64,000 nt of DNA from assembly GCF_018350175.1 (NCBI RefSeq), contig NC_058368.1, positions 179,430,001-179,494,000 of the forward strand, written 5' to 3'. Below, one piece after another: positions 1 through 11,911 of the stretch. The stretch's first letter is position 1. Each line of letters begins with the position of its first letter. Source of the DNA: Felis catus. Taxonomy: Eukaryota. The notes below the pieces were generated by a model, which had not been told where the DNA came from, searched no databases, and saw only the letters and a program-made list of their open reading frames with translations. A program made the position numbers and the translations under genes.

Positions 1-530
1 GTCATTTCTAGGTGGAAGTTTATGAGGCGGTGTGAAAATCACTGTTTTTCCCCCTGTCACAGCAACCAGAGACATTCTGGATGGTGAAGGCACTATCTGC
101 CTAAGTTTCTGAAGGAGGAGATGTGGTGCAAAATTCCCAGCCAACCGTCATTAGATACTTTGCATGAATGAGAAATAAACCTTTGTTTGTTTGTTTTTTT
201 GTTAATATAATTTATTGACAAATTGGTTCCACACAACACCCAGTGGTCATCCCAACAAGTGCCCTCCTCAATGCCCATCACCCACTTTCCCCTCTCCCTC
301 ACCCCCATCAACCCTCAGTTTGTTCTCAGTATCCAAGTGAGTATGGTTTGCCTCCCTCCCTCTCTGTAACTTTTTTTTCCTCCATTCCTCTCCCCTATGG
401 TCTTCTGTTAAGTTTCTCAAGATCCACCTATGAGTGAAAACATATGGTATCTGTCTTTCTCTGACTGACATCACTTAACATAATATGTTCCTAAACCTTT
501 GTTTTTAAAAGGCACTAAAACTTAGGTTTT
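1..530 (+). mobile_element. MLT1J/I-like ERVL-MaLR LTR fragment, interrupted by an L1 3' end
   Basis: 'ggtggaagtttatgaggcggtgtg...catgaatgagaaataaacctttgtt' resumes after the L1 as 'tttaaaaggcactaa'; resembles the MLT1J 3' portion. Confidence 0.55.
189..491 (-). mobile_element. 5'-truncated felid L1 3' end with 13-bp TSD
   Basis: Felid L1 3'UTR ('acaacacccagtggtcatcccaacaagtgccctcctcaatgcccatcaccc'); TSD taaacctttgttt at 176-188 and 492-504. Confidence 0.9.
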
Positions 531-749
531 TTTTTTTTTTTAATGGGGTTTATCATGAGAATTAAGCCTTCATGCCCTAAGGATCTGTTGTATATGATGA
601 ATTATCTTTTCTCCTATTTATCTAAATGGTACTAGTTATGCATTTTCCCCAAACCTTGTATACGCCTCTATAAATAGAACAATTAAATTCCTTCAGTTAA
701 TATCTTTAAATGTACATCTTTTTCCTGCCAGGACCTCAGCAGTTCTAAC

Positions 750-965
750 AATTAACATTTACTGTGCTCTCACTATGTACCAGGTGTGGGTTGCTCAATG
801 CAATGTTTCTATGATTTTATTCCTGTTTTACATAGAGTGAGATTAAAATTTAGGAGCTTAACTAATCTGCTTTTAAAAAGTAACCTTATTACACATTAGT
901 GGTCAATGGTGAAGCTAGTTTGAAACCATATCTTTGGTTGGTTTAAATCCTATCTGACTCCAGGA
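750..965 (-). mobile_element. MIR remnant
   Basis: 'aacatttactgtgctctcactatgtaccagg...ttttacatagagtgagatt' resembles reverse-complement MIR. Confidence 0.5.
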
Positions 966-1379
966 TTTATAGTTGATTAACTCTGCTTCTCCATTCCCAA
1001 CCATCTCCACTGGACATCAAGAGCAGGAATCATAAGTAGATCTTTTTCAGATAGGACCTAGCCATCAGATAAATTTAGTTTTATTTTTTCTGGGTTTTAA
1101 AAATTGGAAATTCTCATAGAAATCTCTGTTTCTGGCTTCTACTGATAAACCAGGTCTGAAAGCAATGAACCTGAATTGTGTGGAAACAATTGTCTGGATC
1201 CAAATAGCAGCTTCCTCCTTTAGACGGAGTATGAGATCTGCTGTCTCTAGAGTCCCCACCACTCTCTTTAATCTTATAACTAAATCACTGTGTTCATGGC
1301 TGCTACCCATTCAGCCTCTAGAGTCATTGGGTTTGTGAATCCTGACCTTGAATCTCATTATGATATTATGCAAAGAATG

Positions 1380-1500
1380 CCTCACTAGAAAGTAAGCTCC
1401 CGAAGGCAGGAATTGTCTGTTTTCCAACTGTATCTCCAGGACTTGGAATAGTGCCTAGAGGATTCTAGACTTGCAATAAATATTTGTGAATGAATGAATG
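1380..1500 (+). mobile_element. L2 3' end
   Basis: 'ctagaaagtaagctcccgaaggcagg...gtatctccaggacttggaatagtgcct...caataaatatttgtgaatgaatgaatg'. Confidence 0.75.
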
Positions 1501-2454
1501 GTGTCTTTGTGTGGACCAGGTGTTTTGAGGGTGGAGCTGCAATCCAGTAGGAGGCCTTCAGTAGCAGCAGTAGTCAAGAAAATTCCTCTGATTAAGAAAT
1601 ATGTGCAGAGCCATCTCATATTAAATCTCTTTTTTTGTCTGACTTCATACCATGGAGGTTCCAGCTCTTCTGCTGGCTGAACTTGAGTTTGGACACAGAT
1701 GCGCTAAATGTTACAGACTCCACTTCCCTTACCTTCCCTTTTCTGCCCACTGGACTATTCTACTCTGTCATTCTGAGGCCCCTGCAAGTATAAAATTGTA
1801 ACATGTCTGAATTACAGGCAATTTTCATTATCTTTCAAGAGCTCTTTTTCCCCATCCTCCTATGTGAGATTCTACCATCCAAGAAAACTGCTTTGCGTTC
1901 AGAACTCAAGATGCATTGGGTGGGTTCTTGCAAAGAAAGGATATTTGAACCTAGATGAAAAGTGTTAAGAATAACTAGGCTTGAAATCACTGGGCTGCTG
2001 CATTAGTGGAGATAGGACTTTTTTGGATCCAGAGGCAGGGACAACGGAGATCTTTGGAGACTTTCTCTTCCTCTACTTAGATCCATGCGGAGCCCAGAAG
2101 AAGTGAATTTCATCCTCCTGGCTCTATTGTGACTCCATCAGAGGGGATTCAGGCACACTGGGACAGTGGATCCTCTATGTCACCTCTATAGTGTGACCCA
2201 CACAAAGCATTTACCTTGACTTGAAGTGGCAGCACTCATTCCTCAGCATGCACTTGTGGAAATAAGTTTTCTCTGCATGTGCTGGCAGAAGTAAGTTTTG
2301 CTGCAATATAGTAGCAACTTTCTGTCAATAATGTGGAGCCTTGCTTGGGAAGAAGTGAACCGCAGTCACTGGAGCTTCTCAGGGGAATAGCAACCCTCCA
2401 TAAGCATGTGCTATATGCTTGACAGAGAGCTAGCTGCATATCTGTTATCTCTTT

Positions 2455-2570
2455 CAATCCTTATCCTATTTCATAAATAGAGAAGCAGAGGCTCAGAGAG
2501 TTTCAATGACTTGCCCAATGTCACATAAGCAGTAAGTAGAAGAGTGTCAGAATTTAATCCCAGAACTCCA
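2455..2570 (-). mobile_element. MIR core
   Basis: 'gcagaggctcagagagtttcaatgacttgcccaatgtcacataagcagtaagt'. Confidence 0.75.
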
Positions 2571-4939
2571 AAAATGCTTGCTCTTGGTGTCTGTATTTGC
2601 CATAGAAAAGAAGAAAGGGCCACCTCGGAAGAGATGCAATTTGCATGTGTAAGACAAATATATGAAAGGATGGGATATTGAAGCAAGTGGGGAGACTAGA
2701 TTGCAAATTGCACCAAGGGTACCTGTCGTGGGGAGAGGGGCCAGATTTCTTTTTTAAACAACTTTTATAATACTTTTAGAAATATGAGAACCAAATACAT
2801 AAGCTTTTCTTCTTGGGTATTGCACTAAAAGAAGCTGAAAGATTTTTAAGATCCAGACAGTGAATAAGGAGCCCATGTTCACTTAACATTTTCACCACTT
2901 AATCCTTAAATCTTCCCTCACCCGCCCACACTGTTGCAGCTAGGGCCAAAGAGGCCTTGGCTTCTCTTACCCAGAAACTGGAGCTGCTTCTGTGGTGAGC
3001 CACAGCTCCCTGGGGCCTGGCCTCTGATGAGGGTTAGTGACGTCATCTTCAGCAGGAGTTTCAGATGGAGAAGTCCCCAAGGACCTTACAATCAATATGT
3101 CTCCTGCCCCGGTCGCCTTCCCAGACAGAAAATATGTTCATTCCATAAGTTTTATATGTTGCTGTAATATCTCAGCTTGCCACCAAGCTTGACATCCCTT
3201 CTTACTCTCAGCTACACCCTAGCCCCACCCTATTTCATTACAGCCGAGCTCAAGTATGGTGAACTTCAGAGCATTTCAGCAATAAAAATGCCCGAAGTTG
3301 GAACATACTCCCTTTGTCCTGTGTGGCTTCTTCAGTGACCAGGGAGGGGAGATGGGGCTCCAGAGTAAATCCTCCCTCCTCACCTCTTTTTAAGGACAGC
3401 AGATGCTCTTTTATCTGTTTTAGATTTTGAGCTTCTGCATATAATTAGTTTTGAACTGAGACTGAAAGAATTCAAAACCTACCTCCTTACAGAACATCTC
3501 TGCAGAGGTGGTAGGGGTTCTTGTGAAGCTGTCTGATTCTACCATATTTCTCAGTCTTCCTTTCCCTCCTGTTTTTCCTTTTCTGGACAAAGCTGTATGG
3601 GACCCATCTGGCAGGGCAAATGGGAGCCATAATGTGAGCTCATGGAAGGAGCATGAATAACTGTCACTTCCTGGCCCCACTTGCATTACTGAAAAGGTGG
3701 ATGGAGGAGAATTATCATGCATCTCATTAAATCAATATTTTATTTCCTCCCTGCCCCCAGCTACTTTCCCGGCTTTGATCTTTTTGCGTCTAGAGCAAAG
3801 CTGGACAGGTGACTTTCACAATGCAAATTAGGATCACTGGGCTCTCTGCCCAGTCTTTGATCTCCTACCTAAGGAGAAGGCTGGTAGGGAATGTCATGTG
3901 CCCTGGTCCTTTCTCACCCACTATAACCTTGGGTTAAGGTGGAGCCTGTGGAAGGACTTTCCTTTCATCACGTAGAAGAGTAATGTGGCTCATAGCAGCA
4001 GTCATTAAACTATCTGAGTTATGATAATTTACACCATACGAGGCACTGGTGGGGCTAGAGAGGAAAGGGCATCTTGTTGAAAAGATTTTATCTATTTACT
4101 TATTTTTACTCAAATACAGGTTAAGAAGCTGAGTTTAGAGCAAGCCAAGGCATTGGGAAATAATAGATTTCCGCACCTGTCTTATATTGAGGGTTGCTTT
4201 ATTGAGTCTGATAAAAGCTATATACCCTCCCCCATTTCCCAAATGTTTGTACTTCTGATGGTCCATTTTATACTATCTGCCTTGGTGCTTAGCCATGAGT
4301 CTGGGGTAGAAGAAGGGCAGGACATAGAGGGAGTGGGAGGTCTGGAACCACCTTTCCCTAAGGGAAGTGCATGTTGATCAAGAAAGGGAGATAAAAGCAA
4401 CTCCTAACCTTTTCAGTTCTGGGGCTTGTGGGGAGAAGCAGAGAGATGGAGGAGAGTCAAGGAGAGAGGTACGAATGTTGCCAACTCTTGATAACTAGGA
4501 ATTTGGTGATGAATGCTTGGGAGGTGGGGGATTTGATACCATTCTACTTCCCATTTCAGACTCTGAGTGCATTCACTTGCCTTCATTAATTTAGGTTCAT
4601 GAACAAAAACTCCTACATTGTGTTTATATTTCTAATTACATTACAGAGTTGTGAAGACCCTATTATTTCAAGTATTTATCCATGGACTAGCTTCTGGAAA
4701 TCCCTGTCCTCCACTATTACCAGGCATTTACTTCAGTCTCTTTCTAGTTGTAGTTTGTTTGATTGATTGATTAGATTTTTAAAGAAAAGAGATCTTAAGC
4801 TTCTTCAAATAAGTGGTATCTTGAAGATAGATGTGGCTCTGCTAGGGGCTAGAAGTCTTGGACACCACAGAAGTCCTGGGAACTGACACTTCTCTTGGAA
4901 ACTACTTCTCTTTGTCCATCTTCATCCTTTTCTGTGGAA

Positions 4940-5486
4940 CTGCTCTGGTTATCTATTGCTGCCCAATCCACTCTGAAACTTAGTGACTTAAAATAACAAT
5001 AATCATTATCTTTCCTGGTTCTGTGAGCTGGCTACACTCTACAGTTCTGACCTGAGTTATTTTGTGGTTGCAGTCAGATGGCAGCTGGAAATAGAGTGAT
5101 CTAAAGGCTCAACTGGGCTAGACTTCCAAAATGTCTCTCTCACATGGTCTGCACTTGATTCTGGCTGCTGCTGCTGGCAGTTCAGCTGAGGCTGTTGACT
5201 GGAAGAACTACATGTGGCCTCCCTATGTGGCTTGGATTTCTCTTTGCATGGCATCTGGGTTTTCTAAGAGAGACCATCCCAAGACCCAGCATTCCAAGAG
5301 ATGTAGGTGGAAGCTGCAAGGCTTCTTGTGGTCTATCCTTGGAAACCACATTCTATCACTTTCACCATGTGTGACAGGTTGCAGGGTCATGCCAAATTCA
5401 AGGGGGAAAAGACTACAACAGAACATGAATATCAAGTTGGTATTGGGGTTGACTGGGAAGGGCATTTTTGAAGACCAGTTACCATA
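4940..5486 (-). mobile_element. MLT1G/H-like MaLR solo LTR
   Basis: 'ttatctattgctg...aaacttagtgacttaaaataacaat...gggcatttttgaagaccagttaccata' is typical reverse-complement MLT1. Confidence 0.7.
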
Positions 5487-5649
5487 GGACCATTTATTTG
5501 CTTGCCCATAGTTTCTGCTCCCTCATAACTTTGGTTTGCATGTAATCCCTCCCAACTGCTGCTCTGCTTTTCTAGACTTTTTTCAAGACATTCTTTCAAG
5601 TTCCTATTCCCACTGTCACTGGTTTAATCACCTAGTTCACAAATTCCAA

Positions 5650-6668
5650 ATTTTTTTATAATGGTTTTGTATTATGCTTTATTGGTCCCAACACATTTTT
5701 GTATATATGTTTTTTATTATTAAAGTATAGTTGACATACAATGTTATGTAAGTTTCAGGTGTACAACATAGTGATTTGACAATTCCAAACATTACTCAGT
5801 GTTTACTGCAATAAGTATAGTCACCATCTGTCACCATACAACATTATTATAATATTATTGATTATATTCCCTAGGCTGTACATTTCATTCCCATGACTTA
5901 CTTATTTTGTAATTGGAAGTTTGTACCTCTTCATCCCTTTCACCTATTTCTCCCATCCCACTACATCCCATATCCCACACATACATTTATCATATCTTTT
6001 ATATCCATTCATCTGTTAGTGGACACTTAGGTTCCTTCCATACCTTGGCTAATATAAATAACGCTGCAGTGGGGTGCCCAGGTTTTGCTCAGTTGGTTGA
6101 GCATCCAACTTTGGCTGAGGTCATGATCTCATGGTTCATGGGTTTGAGCCCCACGTTGGGCTCTGTGCTGACAGCTTGGAGCCTGGAGCTTGCTTCAGGT
6201 TCTGTGTCTCCCTATGTTTCTGCCTCTGCTCCTCCTCCTCCTCCTCCCCCCTCCTCTCCTCCTCCTCCTCCTCCTCCTCCTCCTTCTTCTTCTTCTTCTT
6301 CTTCTTCTTCTTCTTCTTCTTCTCTCTGTCTCTCTCTCTCAAAAATAAACATTAAATAATGCTGCTGTAAACATAAGTTTGCGTATATCTTTGAATTTTT
6401 TTCATTTTCTTTGTGTAAATACGCAGTAGTGGAGTTACTGAATCATATGGTATTTCTATTTTTAGTTTTTTGAGGACCCTCCATACTGTTTTCCACAGTA
6501 ATTTTACAAATTTACGTTCTCACCAACAGTGCATGAGGTTTTCCTTTTCTCCATATCCTCACCAACACTTGTTATTTCTTGTCTTTTTGATTCTAGCCAC
6601 TGTGACTGGTGTGGGGTGTTATCTTATTGTTGTTTTTATTTTCATTTCCCTGATGATTTGTGATACTG
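5650..6668 (-). mobile_element. Carnivore L1 3' fragment with apparent internal 3'UTR deletion, nested SINE and putative 3' transduction
   Basis: 'aagtatagttgacatacaatgttatgtaagtttcaggtgtacaacatagtg' 3'UTR and ORF2 C-terminal sequence; TSD acaaattccaa at 5639-5649 and 6669-6679. Confidence 0.85.
6071..6352 (+). mobile_element. SINEC_Fc (Can-SINE) with internal (CCT)n/(TCT)n expansion
   Basis: tRNA-like head, felid body 'ctctgtgctgacagcttggagcctggagc', aataaa tail; TSD 6055-6070 and 6353-6368 (2 mismatches). Confidence 0.92.
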
Positions 6669-8299
6669 ACAAATTCCAAGTTCTTGATGGAGCACTCTGT
6701 CCGAAGTTTCTCTGGACAGCCAATGGATTTCTTGTTTAATTCCTGTCCTATCAGTTGTAGCCAGCTTTGTGTGGGGCCCAGTGGTGTTAACATAGCAACC
6801 TGGGTTTGCCTTCTCATTAGGGTTATGGGTAGGACAATCACTCTAGAAGACACATCTCATACAAATTGTTTTTGCTTTTCGCTTGCTCATAGGATTTGAT
6901 AATTAGCTTTTAATAACTCTAAAGGGACCAAGAGTCCAGAGAGGTCACTTCCAGAGCCTCTGTCTTATGTCTGACATACAGTTTGCAGCTCTTGAATTCT
7001 GCCACATAAATCTATTATGATGGCCTCTATAAATCACAGCATTTAACTTTGGCCTTTGTTGTGTCTTAGTTCTTGAATAGAAGATGTGGTCATGAATTCT
7101 AGACCCCTCCTTTTACAGATGAGGAAATAGTGACTTCAGAAGCATATTGATTACAAATTCCCTAAGTACATAAAGGCAGAGACAGATCAAACTCATTTCC
7201 CAAGACTCCAAATCTAGCATTCCCAGTGTACCCTGATGCCTCCCTGGGAGGAACAAGCAACTAAGGGACCAGCAAAAGTAAATACACAGAGCAAAAAATG
7301 ATAGCAGGTGGGCCTATGTTTATGCCACATAACCCCATTCAGACAGAAAACACTACTCACTTTCCTCACAACCAGGTTTCTACTCGGTGGTTGGACCTTC
7401 ACTCTTAAGTTGGTATGCAAGTTTTGCTTAGCTCAATTCTCTACCCATCCTGGTGACCAGCATTGGCTCTGAACCTCCCATATTTACCCATGCTTCTCAA
7501 AGAGAAAGAAGTCAGCATCTTGGCACATCTCTTTAAAGCCATTTTCACGTGCTGCTGTAGGCTCTCTGGGGATTTCAATAATATTCTGGGCTCTGTGACT
7601 TCAGCCTATATAAACTCATGGAGTATTTACTTATATGGGATTTTTCAACCCCACTTTCCACTCTGGGCTGAAGAATTAGGCAAAATGCCTTGAATTTATC
7701 CTGGGAATCATAAAATGGATTCTGCAGAGCGGTATTGGTTAAAAAATAGTTCTCCATATGGAACATAGAAGAGTGCTGGAGAACAACCTTCCTTGAAGAT
7801 TTTAAGATAAAAACAACAATGTTTATGGTTTAGGAATGAATTGGGTGACAGGAGGAACAAGATTTGTCAAGGTTCTTTCCAGGTACAGCTCTTAGGAAAT
7901 AGTGTTTTTCTTAAATATAGTTAGAAGAAGATACTACAGTTCCCAATTTGATATATTTTTAAGTCCTTGAGGCAGAGCTGTGGCTTTAGAGTCAATCAGC
8001 TTTAAGGTCTACTTGGATAAAATTGTGAATTCAACTGATCTACTATTTTACCATTCCTTTAGGCACGTTTTCACTCCCATCATGGAAATCCTTTTCTCCC
8101 CCTTCCAGAGGAATTCCATTCCTTTAATCTATTATCAAAACCTGCTAAATTTCAAGCATAACCTAGTGTATATTGAGTGATGATCATCATATAATATATT
8201 AATTAATTTAAGAGAGAGACTTCTCTGGTATTTCTAAAACTATGAAGGCAGAAAGACTCTTCCACTTTGTTGATGTGTTGACGCCGGACCTCTCTGCCT

Positions 8300-8540
8300 G
8301 GTATGGTATCATGGAAATAGCCAGACAGACCTTGAGTGAATTTGAACAGTTGTCAGTTCTTAAGCCTCACTTTTCTCCTTTGTAAAACAATAGCTGTTAG
8401 GGTGAACTCTGTGAAATTGTCAGTTTAGTGTCTCAACCTGATATTTCTCATGGTTGTCATGAGTTTTAAATGAGATAATGTATGCCAAGTGTGTAGCACA
8501 TGGCTGGTCACATGTCAGATGCTCCTCCGGTGTTAGTTCA
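8300..8540 (+). mobile_element. MIR
   Basis: 'aagcctcacttttctcctttgtaaaa...ttaaatgagataatgtatgccaagtgtgtagcacatggctgg'. Confidence 0.65.
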
Positions 8541-10299
8541 TTCCCCTTGCTTATTCAGTCTGTTCCAAAGCCATGACAATGGTATTACTCTTTCTTTCTA
8601 AAAATGAAAAACAGGTCCCACCACTTCTCTATGTAAAGTCCTTTTATCTTTCACTTCTGTTTGTGGTTCACATGTTGAAACTTTGCTCATCTAAATAACA
8701 GAGAGCTACTGAAGTGGTAGGATTTCCTTATATCCAGAATTTTCTTATAAAAACTGATAATGGCCTCTTCCCCTCCCTTTCCCTTGCTTTTTCCCCCCCT
8801 TGAAAATATGCTTTGACCCAGAAACTGGTTATTTACAATACGTATGCTCCAGAAATCCCTTGTAATGAACCATACAAATCTATTTGTCCTGCTGCTACTA
8901 TAATTGCCTATATCTTATTATAACTTAATATGTAACAGATTTTTTTGGCGAGGCCAGAAGCAACTGAGCATTCACTGAAAATGCAGACGCTGAAGGTTGT
9001 TGAGGAGCCAGTGAACCCACTAATTGGATAAAGGGGGGATGGTGTGGAAATTTAATTAAACTGGCATTTGCTCTAGCTGCTGAAAATATTAATCAGAAAA
9101 TGAATTTCACAAAAAAAGTAAAAGGTGGGGGTGGGGAGCAAAATGAAAAATGCCATAGGTGCCAGGCTTCCTAGCATTGATGAGAAAGTGATTCTTTTTT
9201 TCCACGAGGCGTGGGTCATCTGTCCAGTGAGCTCTGCCTACAGCTTATTTGGGCAGAGATCACAAAGAAAGGCGCTTGGAAAGCTGTGAGTTGGGAGGAG
9301 GAGTGTGAGATTCTTGATTTGGGGACCAGATGCATCTCTTGGCAATCCTTGATACAAACATAAAGATAAAATATGTGTCTGGAAAAAAAAAGAAAAGAAA
9401 AAGAAAGAAGAAAAAAGACAATTTCCCCTTTTCTTCTAAAGAAACACTCCTCCCAACATGAGATGAGCTGAACATCTGCATCCATTCAAGCAATAATGCT
9501 TAAACAATTGTCAAATTTGAGAGGGGTGGATGAGGATTTTGAACAAGGCATTTAAATACATTCCATAACCCAGGAGCCATTGGGAAGACATTGCCCTCCC
9601 TAGGCTTGCAAACAAGAGTGGTGGAGGGCAAACACAGATGGGGACTCTTGTGTTTGGTTTAAGAGCTGCTCTCGTAGGTTTGTTTAAGTGCTTTGAGTGG
9701 CCTGGACAGTTGTTCCCCTAGAGACACTTGCCCCATCTCCACTGGGGACAGCTGGGCCCTACAGGAAATTCTGGGTTAGCTAGAGAAGCAGAGGAAGATA
9801 ATTCTTCACTCAGAAGGCCAAAGACCCCAGAGCTTTCTCCTCATACTTGGCCATTTGGACTTCAGCTTCTAGAAGAGACTTTGTGGGCAATGGATGCTTC
9901 AGCTCAAGATTTAACCTTGCTCCAAGAAAACCTATTATATGAAAATGAGAACGTACAAAAGCACAATGTTCTTGCTACTTTGTCATAATTGCTTTAAACA
10001 TTTTTTTTTTTTATCAATTGGGAAAACTATGATGACCAATGCTGATCTGGGACAGAATGTGTGGCCATACTTTTACATAAATGTTTGACTATTCTTTTGA
10101 GTGGCAAAGGCCCTGAGAACCACAGCCCTCAAATGAGCAACTGCTGAATGGGGCATATTTTTCTATAGCCTCTGATGTGCAGATCCTCTGTCACCTCCCC
10201 TGCCCTTTCTTTGGCCATGTAGCAAGACAGCAGAGCCAAAAACAAGGAGGAGAGGAGATATTTTTCCTTGGCTTCTTTCACTTTACCCACAATAGGCTC

Positions 10300-10736
10300 T
10301 GTATTAGTTTTCCTAGGGCTGCTGTAACAAAATACCACAAACTGGGTAGTTTAAAATAACAGAAATTTATTGCCTCACAGTTCTGGAGGCCAAAAGTCCA
10401 AAATTAAGGTGTTGACAGGCCAACCTCCCTCTGAAGCTCCTGAGGGGAAATCCTTCCTTGCCTCTTCCTAGCCTCTGCTGGTTCCTGGCATTTCTTGGTT
10501 TGCCTCCATCTTCACATGGCCATCTTCCTTCTGTGTGTGTCTCTGTATCTGTGATGCTCTCCTTCTTCTCATAAAGATACCAATCCCTGGACTAGGGCCC
10601 ACTGTAAGCCATTATGACCTCATCATAACTTGATTGCATCTACAGAACTATTTCCAAAAAAAAAAATCATATTCTCAGGTTCTAGGAGTTGAGACTTCAG
10701 CATATTTCTTTGGGTGATACAATTCAATCTACCACA
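10300..10736 (-). mobile_element. MLT1C-like MaLR solo LTR, essentially complete
   Basis: TG...CA termini; 'tgtattagttttcctagggctgctgtaacaaaataccacaaactgggtagtttaaa...aattcaatctaccaca'. Confidence 0.88.
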
Positions 10737-10984
10737 GTCTTTACTGAAAGAAATGGTATTAGTTATATTGTTTCCATTTGTGTGCACATGCTTAAGTCAA
10801 CCTGGATTTTAAATAAAGTCCATGATAAATTTTTAAAAAAATGAATGTTTGAACTTTAATTTGTGTTCTCCTGGTGAATGTACATTTCTAACTTGACCAA
10901 ACTTGTACCAAAAATAACATGCAAAATAACACCACAAATTTAGAACATATCCTGAAATTCTTCAATATTTAAAAGGTGTTTAAA

Positions 10985-11080
10985 GAATCATTGTATTGTA
11001 CTATATACTCCAATCTAATATAACACTGTATGTTAATTATACTTGAATAAAAAAACAAAATAAAAAATAAGTACATAAAT
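10985..11080 (+). mobile_element. Short L1 3' terminus with A tail
   Basis: 'gaatcattgtattgtac...ctaatataacactgtatgttaattatacttgaataaaaaaac'. Confidence 0.7.
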
Positions 11081-11307
11081 AAAATTTGATGTAAAAAATC
11101 TATTTGAAAATCAGTACATCACTGCCAACTGTTGTTAATTCTTTGCTAGTTTATGGCCTTTTTGCATTTTGGTGTTCAAATGTCCCTCCTGTAATAAGTA
11201 ATGGTGATTCTAAATGGTATTCATTTAAAAATTTTTTATAATGTCATTACTTGGTAAACTAAAGTGTTGACAGTCTTGTCAATTCCTAAAATACTTTGGG
11301 CCATTTT

Positions 11308-11911
11308 GTCTTAAATTTATATTTATTTACTTTTTAAATTTTGTAATTTTTTTTTAATTCCAGTATAATTTATATACAGTATTATATTATTTTCAGGTGT
11401 ACAATATCAACAATTCTGTACATTTCTCAGTGCTCATCATATTAAATGTACTCAATCTCCTTCATTTATTTCACCCTCCTCCACCCACCTCTTCTCTAGG
11501 CAACCACCAGTTTGTTTTCTACATATAAGGGTCTGTTTTTTTTTTCTTGTATCTTTTTTTCTTTGCTTGTTTTGTTCCTTAAATCCCACATATGAGTGAA
11601 ATCATATGATATTTTTCTTTATCTGACTGACCTATTTCACTTAGCATTATACATTCTAGATCCATCCCTTTTGTTGCAAATGGCAAGATAAAATTCTTTT
11701 TTATGGCTGAATAATATTCCATTACATATATACCACATCTTCCTTATCCATTCATATATTGATAGACCTTTGGGTTGCTTCCATATCTTAGCTATTGTAA
11801 TGCTGCTCTAAATACAGGGATGAATATATATTTTCAAACTAATGCTTTTGTTTTCTTTGGGGGAAATACTTAGTAGTGGAGTAGTAGAGTCATATGGTAA
11901 TTCTGTTTTTA
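11308..11911 (-). mobile_element. 5'-truncated carnivore L1 3' end
   Basis: L1 3'UTR/ORF2 end; TSD actttgg(g/t)ccatttt at 11293-11307 and 11912-11926. Confidence 0.88.

Noticed and set aside
3038..3045. Perfect CRE palindrome TGACGTCA
   Set aside because: A single 8-mer without promoter context; about one is plausible by chance in 64 kb.
5913..6359. 148-aa ORF with poly-Pro/poly-Ser, and the antisense poly-Lys/Glu ORF
   Set aside because: These are translations of an L1/SINE junction and a microsatellite.
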